In this document: positions 5,944-10,240 of the stretch, piece after piece | Layout of the letters: the number at the start of each line of letters is the position of its first letter | How positions within the stretch are numbered: position 1 is the first letter of the stretch | Assembly (NCBI GenBank): GCA_964512895.1 | Contig: CAZEKI010000028.1 | Span: 1-10,240 of the forward strand | From: an uncultured archaeon | GTDB taxonomy: Archaea > Nanohalarchaeota > Nanosalinia > Nanosalinales > Nanosalinaceae | DNA length: 10,240 nucleotides | Direction: 5' to 3' | Position numbers and translations under genes: made by a program | Notes under the pieces: model-generated | Databases searched by the model: none | What the model was told of the DNA's origin: nothing | Seen by the model: only the letters and a program-made list of their open reading frames with translations

Positions 5944-6017
5944 TGGGTCCGCCCAGATTCGAACTGGGGATCTTCGCCTTGTAAGGGCGACGTCATAACC
6001 AGCTAGACCACGGACCC
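5944..6017 (-). tRNA. tRNA-Val(UAC): tRNA-Val (anticodon UAC), 74 nt, no intron, CCA not encoded
   Basis: The minus strand folds by hand as a cloverleaf: GGGTCCG TG GTCT AGCTGGTTA TGAC G TCGCC CTTACAA GGCGA AGATC CCCAG TTCGAAT CTGGG CGGACCC A.
- 7-bp acceptor stem.
- 5-bp anticodon stem with a C-T-TAC-A-A loop.
- 5-bp T stem with a TTCGAAT loop.
- Discriminator A. Confidence 0.93.
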
Positions 6018-6042
6018 GCCGTAGCAGTTTATCCTTGGACAC

Positions 6043-6054
6043 TATATTTTTTAA
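6043..6054 (-). promoter_or_regulatory. Candidate strong TATA box for tRNA-Val
   Basis: The minus strand reads TTAAAAAATATA, centred about 31 nt upstream of the mature tRNA 5' end (6017). Confidence 0.5.
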
Positions 6055-6072
6055 GAACGGACGTTCTCTTAG

Positions 6073-7938
6073 TCAGGAAACCTCTTCCTCAAGAATCGGG
6101 TCATAGACCTGCTCTCCTCGAGAATAGTAGGGATAGTACACCCGTCTCAAGGAACAGTCATCCAGCTGCTTCCGGGCCTCGGCTTCACCGACCTCGAAGC
6201 CGATAAGCTTTTCTCCGTCAACCCTTTCCTTGACCAGGGACATATCAAGAACAGAATCCCGGGTCTCAAGCGAGTCCTGCTTCAGCCATCCCTTCTCCCT
6301 CATCTTTTCAAGAACGCTGGTCAGCTTCGAAAGGTTGACATCTAGCTCGTCAAGCATTTCGCTCTTCGATTCCCCGGACTCCAGCCTGTCAAGCACCTCT
6401 TCTTCGAGGCCGGACAGCTGGGCGCGCTCTGCCTTCACCGTTCCCTTGGTGCCGTCTACCAACACTTTTCTGTCCTCGTTCTCGACCAGGTAAAGCGGGT
6501 AGTACGCCTCCTCGTATTTTTGACCAGCTTCCTGTTCAAGCTGCTTGATACTCTTCCGAGGCGTGAACATCTCGATTTTCTCCTTCTCGACATAGCTGTC
6601 TGATGTCTGGGTCGTGCCACCGTGTTTCGACCGGCGGATACGAACATCGGTCATGACCGGATACTCGTTGCCGAGTACGAACGCGACTCCCGGCGGAAGC
6701 GATTTTATCATCGATTCGACCTCGGAAGTGACTCCTTCAAACGACTTCGATATAGCATTAAGGTCGTTCGGGTTAGTGATGCGGAGTATGAACTGGGTAT
6801 TGCACTGGCTGAGAACGTTCTTATCGATACGCGCCGGCCTCTGGGATACTACTCCGAGGCCCAGCCCGAACTTCCGGCCTTCCGACGCTATCTTCCGGAG
6901 TATCTTGTTGCTCAGTGCCTGCTCGAAACCTTTCTCCGGCACGAAGTTGTGGGCCTCCTCTATCACCATAAGGAAAGGTGGTATCCGGTTCTTCTTCCTC
7001 AGGTCGAACAGCCGTTTCGCCAGGGAGTACATCGTCATCTCGGCCGTCTCGGGTTCGACCGCTCTCAGGTTGACGATGGTGGCACGGCCAGGTTCAAGCA
7101 GCTCTTCGAGGTCAATAGGGTCCTCGGTGAAAAGACCGCTCTCCTCAAGTTGCTCCATAGAGTTCAGCAGGTTCCATTTCGCCGTCGAATCTTCGTGAGA
7201 GACCGCCTCCATCAAGTCCTTGAGAGTGTAGTCCTCGTCTTTTTCGCGTAGGCGCTTCAAGGCGTTGTACAGCACACCCATCTGGGAGTTAGTCAGCGAG
7301 TCCGGTATGATATCCAGCAGTTCCTTCTTCTCCATGTTGACCGACGAAAACGAGAGAGGTAATGCGGTCTGGTTGATGTCGGTGTTGGGCGAGTATTCTA
7401 CAACGTCGTACGCCTCGGGTTCATCGCTCTCAGGGTTCTCCTCTGAAAGCGATGAGTATTCTCCGTGCGGGTCGATTATCAGCACCGGGTATTCGTTCTC
7501 TAGCAGTTCCTCTATCAGGACGCCGGTCAGGTATGATTTTCCGGCGCCGGTCTGCGCAAGTACGGCGAAGTGCTTGTAGAACTCCTCCGCGTTCACCTTG
7601 ATGTCGATGTCCTCGTTTGTCTCCAGGTTGCCGATGGTCAGCCCCTCGTCCTTCAGGCCGAGAGTGTCGGAAATCAGTTCCTGGTCAGCGCTGTAGACGA
7701 TGGAGTCTGGCTCGATTACCCGGCGCGGAGCCTTGGTCAGCCCCTTGTCGCGGTAGCCTATTATATTGGCGTTAGCGACTGTTTCGCCGTCGGGATGTTT
7801 CGTGACTTCCTCTACCTGGGCAAGCACCCAGTTACCGTTGCTCTTGACCGATACGAAATCGAACTTCCGTACTTCTTCAACAGCGCGGAACTGGAATGAA
7901 GAAGTGTTGACCTCGCCCTGGATAGTTCCAAGCTTCAT
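6073..7938 (-). CDS. herA: HerA-like (HAS-barrel + FtsK/HerA-clade) P-loop ATPase with a 180-aa C-terminal extension containing a predicted winged-helix domain
   Basis: 621 aa.
- The N-terminal beta-barrel-like segment is MKLGTIQGEVNTSSFQFRAVEEVRKFDFVSV...WVLAQVEEV.
- Walker A is AQTGAGKSY (about nt 7534..7548).
- Walker B is PPFLMVIEEAHNF.
- SQRP motif: the sequence reads VVSQRPARID.
- The core ends at RRSKHGG (aa 435-441).
- The extension is aa 442-621 (nt 6076..6615), with wHTH-like LSGLEEEVLDRLESGESKSEMLDELDVNLSKLTSVLEKMREKGWLKQ. Confidence 0.85.
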   Translation of the reverse strand: MKLGTIQGEVNTSSFQFRAVEEVRKFDFVSVKSNGNWVLAQVEEVTKHPDGETVANANIIGYRDKGLTKAPRRVIEPDSIVYSADQELISDTLGLKDEGLTIGNLETNEDIDIKVNAEEFYKHFAVLAQTGAGKSYLTGVLIEELLENEYPVLIIDPHGEYSSLSEENPESDEPEAYDVVEYSPNTDINQTALPLSFSSVNMEKKELLDIIPDSLTNSQMGVLYNALKRLREKDEDYTLKDLMEAVSHEDSTAKWNLLNSMEQLEESGLFTEDPIDLEELLEPGRATIVNLRAVEPETAEMTMYSLAKRLFDLRKKNRIPPFLMVIEEAHNFVPEKGFEQALSNKILRKIASEGRKFGLGLGVVSQRPARIDKNVLSQCNTQFILRITNPNDLNAISKSFEGVTSEVESMIKSLPPGVAFVLGNEYPVMTDVRIRRSKHGGTTQTSDSYVEKEKIEMFTPRKSIKQLEQEAGQKYEEAYYPLYLVENEDRKVLVDGTKGTVKAERAQLSGLEEEVLDRLESGESKSEMLDELDVNLSKLTSVLEKMREKGWLKQDSLETRDSVLDMSLVKERVDGEKLIGFEVGEAEARKQLDDCSLRRVYYPYYSRGEQVYDPILEEEVS

Positions 7939-7961
7939 CTAAAAATCGAGTGGGCTGCCAG

Positions 7962-7973
7962 ATTCATAAATAC
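7962..7973. promoter_or_regulatory. Candidate shared or bidirectional TATA-like element in the 58-bp divergent intergenic region
   Basis: ATTCATAAATAC sits at the midpoint of the 7939..7996 gap, about 30 nt from the herA ATG (7938, minus strand) and about 29 nt from ATG 7997 (plus strand). Its left 9 nt (7962..7970, ATTCATAAA) form an inverted repeat with 7994..8002 (TTTATGAAT), which overlaps the plus-strand start codon. Confidence 0.35.
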
Positions 7974-7996
7974 TGGCACGGCCCTGCAGAGCTTTT

Positions 7997-8482
7997 ATGA
8001 ATATGAAGCACTCAGCTCTGAATATGGATTTCTCCGCCGAGGAAATCAAGGAGACCCTTCTTGTAGACCTGCGAGAAGATGTGCTTTACATCGCTATAAG
8101 TATCGCTATCGTTCTGGTCTTCATCGGAGTCCATAACTATGCTACGCCCGACGAACCTGTAAGAGTCGGTTTCACGGAAATCGAAACCCAGTGCTTCGGG
8201 ATAGAAGCAGGAATCTGCCTGGGTATCGAGAAGCAGACCCACACTACCTATAACTACGACAACTATACACAGCCAGAGCCAGGCACAGAGAACTTCTACA
8301 GGCTAGTCGAGTCCCAGCTGATGCTCGACGCCTACAATATCTGCGGCTCGGAGGACGTGACCGGCATGGAATGGACCTCTCAGGCCTCCTACCAGAATCA
8401 GACCGCCGACGAATGGCTCGAGACAGGAGAAGTCCAGCTTCTGCCGTGTGAGCAGACGTTCTACCGCCAGCTAGAGGAGTAA
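7997..8482 (+). CDS. Hypothetical single-pass membrane protein with an acidic 4-Cys extracytoplasmic domain (161 aa)
   Basis: TM segment VLYIAISIAIVLVFIGV. The C-terminal ~115 aa carry Cys at positions 66, 73, 116 and 151 and are Y/N/Q/E-rich. An alternative ATG lies at 8003. No family recognised. Confidence 0.65.
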   Translation: MNMKHSALNMDFSAEEIKETLLVDLREDVLYIAISIAIVLVFIGVHNYATPDEPVRVGFTEIETQCFGIEAGICLGIEKQTHTTYNYDNYTQPEPGTENFYRLVESQLMLDAYNICGSEDVTGMEWTSQASYQNQTADEWLETGEVQLLPCEQTFYRQLEE

Positions 8483-8534
8483 GCCGACCGATTAAAAAGA
8501 TTTTCCCGAGTACTGGCTATTAAGGCGAGCGACG

Positions 8535-9032
8535 ATGACGGACGAATCTGACTACGTTGAGATGACCTTTGTAGCCCTCAAACCTGACGCAGTAAAGAGA
8601 GGCATAGTAGGCGATATAGTGTCGCAGATAGAGGACGCAGGGTTCAAGATATCGGGCATGAAAATGGTCCAGGCAACCGACCAGCTGCTGGAGCAGCACT
8701 ACGAGGAGCACGTTGACAAAGCGTTCTACGAATCGCTCGCCGACTACATGAAAGAAGGGCCTATCGTGGCAATGGTTGTCGAAGGAGTCCACACAGTCGA
8801 GAACCTCCGGAAAATCGTCGGCGACACCGACGCCCGCGAGGCACACCCCGCAACCATCAGAGGGCGGTTCGCACACATGTCTATGGAGCACGCCGACGCC
8901 GCCGAGAGGAATTACAAGAACATAATCCATGCCTCCGCCACCAAAGAGGAGGCCGAAAGAGAAATCGAAATCTGGTTCTCGGAGGACGAACTCCACGACT
9001 ACAGGACTTCACACGAGGACGAGGTAATATGA
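8535..9032 (+). CDS. ndk: Nucleoside diphosphate kinase
   Basis: Ndk motifs appear in order: TFVALKPDAV, GPIVAMVVEG, GDTD...PATIRGRF, NIIHAS (catalytic His) and EREIEIWF. About 10 extra residues lie between the IRG.F motif and the catalytic His. A TTAAAAAG box at 8492..8499 sits about 40 nt upstream of the start. Confidence 0.93.
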   Translation: MTDESDYVEMTFVALKPDAVKRGIVGDIVSQIEDAGFKISGMKMVQATDQLLEQHYEEHVDKAFYESLADYMKEGPIVAMVVEGVHTVENLRKIVGDTDAREAHPATIRGRFAHMSMEHADAAERNYKNIIHASATKEEAEREIEIWFSEDELHDYRTSHEDEVI

Positions 9033-9226
9033 GCGACAAAAGACTCTACCGGTCGGAAAGCGACAGGATTCTAGGCGGTGTCTGCGGAGGAATCGCAGAA
9101 GTCTACGACCTTGACCCGTCCATGGTACGGCTGGCAACAGTACTGCTAGTATTCTCCGGAGTCTCGCCGTTTCTCTACCTTATAGCATGGCTCATAGTCC
9201 CAAGCGAAAGCGAGCTGGAAGAATAA
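9029..9226 (+). CDS. PspC-domain small membrane protein
   Basis: The sequence LYRSESDRILGGVCGGIAEVYDLDPSMVRLATVLLVFSGVSPFLYLIAWLIVP matches the PspC N-terminal domain pattern (L.R...r.i.GVC.GiA.y...dp..vR......l.....l.Y...w...P). Its ATG overlaps the ndk stop (ATGA at 9029..9032), and GAGGT lies about 5 nt upstream. Confidence 0.8.
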   Translation: MSDKRLYRSESDRILGGVCGGIAEVYDLDPSMVRLATVLLVFSGVSPFLYLIAWLIVPSESELEE

Positions 9227-9232
9227 GCCGGA

Positions 9233-10240
9233 CTACCTCTTCGCAATCCGGAGTATCAGGTCAAGGTCAAGCTCGAAGCCTGCAACCGGTCTTTCCAGAC
9301 CCCAGTTATCGATTACTGAGTCGGAAAGCTCTCCGATGAAGCCGACCTTTTCGTCTTCCAAGTATACCTCGGCAGATCTATCCTCCTTGAAGCAGTTTCT
9401 GGCGCCCTGCTCGACTTCGAACTCGAGGTCAAGGTCGCGTTCAACCACCTGGAGCACCTGTCTTATATCGGTGTAATCGGCTCCTTGATAGGATTCTACG
9501 TACGCCGCCTTCCTCCTGTTCGATGCGCCGGTCGACGAGTCGTCGAGCACCGATACATCCCCTATCTCGAAGAACCTCTGAGGGTAGCTGCGGTGCCTGT
9601 TTCTCTCAAGCACCTCCATCAGGCTTGGCATCAGCCAGTTCCGGACAACAGTGTAGTCTTCGGTAAGCGCGTTGCTCATCTCGGCCACACCGACCTGTAC
9701 CATATCCATCTTTCCGAAAAGCCTCTCCCTGTTCGACAGTATGTAGGTGTGCGCCTCTAGCGCGCCGGTTCCCTGCAGAATATCCCGGAGCATGTCTGTG
9801 TAATCCTCAATATCTTTTTCCTCGGCAATCTGGTCGATACCAGGCAGTTCAGGCGAAATATTATCGTAGCCGTGGGCAATCACAACGTCTTCAACTAGGT
9901 CGTACTGGTGCATCACATCGGTCCTGTATGCGGGGATTTCCACCGCTATGCCCTCGCCCGAAACTTCGGCGTCGAACCTCATCTTTCCAAGTCTCTCCGC
10001 TATCTCGTCGTCCCCAAGTTCAAGGCCGGAAACACTTCTGAAGTAGTCAGGGTCCAGCTCAGTCAGCGTCGGCTTGAGGTCGGGCAGCTTCTCGTCCTCG
10101 ACCATGACATACTCAAGGTCGCCTCCTCTCTCTGCGAGCGCAGTACAGAGGATATTGAGCGCTTTCAAAACGGTTTCGTGGTCCTTCCCCGTAACATCGA
10201 TGAAGATATCTGTGGTAGAAGGCTTGACCTCGGTCAGCTG
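9233..10240 (-). CDS. pheT: Phenylalanine--tRNA ligase beta subunit, archaeal type (C-terminal ~336 codons; N-terminus lies beyond the right window edge)
   Basis: The frame stays open to the window edge. The reverse complement of 10240..10169 reads QLTEVKPSTTDIFIDVTGKDHETV, continuing into LKALNILCTALAERGG. The track's start at 10168 is therefore an internal TTG. Downstream segments AYRTDVMHQYDLVEDVVIAHGYDNI (B5-like) and SNALTEDYTVVRNWLMPSLMEVL...YPQRFFEIGDV match the archaeal/eukaryal PheRS beta chain. Confidence 0.9.
   Translation of the reverse strand, partial: QLTEVKPSTTDIFIDVTGKDHETVLKALNILCTALAERGGDLEYVMVEDEKLPDLKPTLTELDPDYFRSVSGLELGDDEIAERLGKMRFDAEVSGEGIAVEIPAYRTDVMHQYDLVEDVVIAHGYDNISPELPGIDQIAEEKDIEDYTDMLRDILQGTGALEAHTYILSNRERLFGKMDMVQVGVAEMSNALTEDYTVVRNWLMPSLMEVLERNRHRSYPQRFFEIGDVSVLDDSSTGASNRRKAAYVESYQGADYTDIRQVLQVVERDLDLEFEVEQGARNCFKEDRSAEVYLEDEKVGFIGELSDSVIDNWGLERPVAGFELDLDLILRIAKR

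Noticed and set aside
5846-6017. Idea that the duplicated tRNA 3' end is a split-tRNA half, or that the 82-nt spacer is a T-loop intron
   Set aside because: The upstream copy already forms a complete, uninterrupted cloverleaf. The fragment covers only positions ~52-73, whereas split tRNAs break near position 37/38. No 5' acceptor strand, complementary leader or bulge-helix-bulge motif is evident. Splicing out the spacer would merely regenerate the same tRNA.
5860-6042. 60-aa minus-strand ORF
   Set aside because: It spans the tRNA-Val gene and its fragment. The region is explained by RNA features.
6230-7899. Several plus-strand ORFs (87-209 aa) inside the herA region
   Set aside because: All are antisense to the HerA-like gene. 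They are S/R-rich and mutually overlapping in different frames, with no domain signatures.
7971-8517. TACTGGC 7-mer shared by two promoter regions (7971..7977 and 8511..8517)
   Set aside because: A single 7-mer coincidence is expected by chance at this scale, and the flanking bases differ. There is not enough support for a regulatory motif.
8520-8996. 158-aa minus-strand ORF opposite ndk
   Set aside because: Ndk motifs on the plus strand are conclusive. The antisense product is V/H/C/G-rich and non-acidic.
1-10240. Looked for CRISPR arrays, IS elements/transposases, integrases, toxin-antitoxin pairs and restriction-modification or other defence genes
   Set aside because: No spaced direct-repeat arrays were seen. 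No ORF has DDE, tyrosine-recombinase or serine-recombinase motifs. No small paired ORFs of TA type are present. Every sizeable ORF is accounted for by the genes listed.

Overview
This is a very compact archaeal chromosome segment, roughly 95% coding by my count, with several 4-10 nt gene overlaps. The archaeal assignment rests on an archaeal-type Pth2, TruD/Pus7, an archaeal PheRS beta chain, a HerA-type ATPase, and TATA-like boxes about 25-30 nt upstream of start codons. Almost every predicted protein is strongly acidic (D/E-rich). Together with the small, tightly packed genes this suggests a salt-in halophile with a reduced genome, possibly Nanohaloarchaeota/DPANN-like. That taxonomic call is inference only.

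Gene content, left to right:
- A secreted-protein fragment, a 2-TM coiled-coil membrane protein, and an acidic hypothetical.
- A membrane-anchored winged-helix regulator.
- A five-gene minus-strand operon: pth2, truD, a processive GT2 polysaccharide synthase, a membrane-anchored thioredoxin-fold protein with SxxS in place of CxxC, and a small 4-Cys exoprotein.
- tRNA-Val(UAC), followed by a duplicated fragment of its own 3' end.
- A HerA-like ATPase with a 180-aa C-terminal extension.
- A 4-Cys membrane protein, then ndk translationally coupled to a PspC-domain gene.
- The 3' two-thirds of pheT.

I see no CRISPR array, transposase, integrase, toxin-antitoxin pair or recognisable defence island. 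The region is mostly housekeeping. The items most worth follow-up are:
- the tRNA-Val 3'-end duplication with its hairpin-rich spacer;
- the orphan HerA-wHTH fusion;
- the PgaC/NodC/HAS-like synthase module embedded in a translation-factor operon;
- the SxxS thioredoxin-fold / Cys-protein pair.

All functional calls come from reading motifs by eye. No database search was possible.
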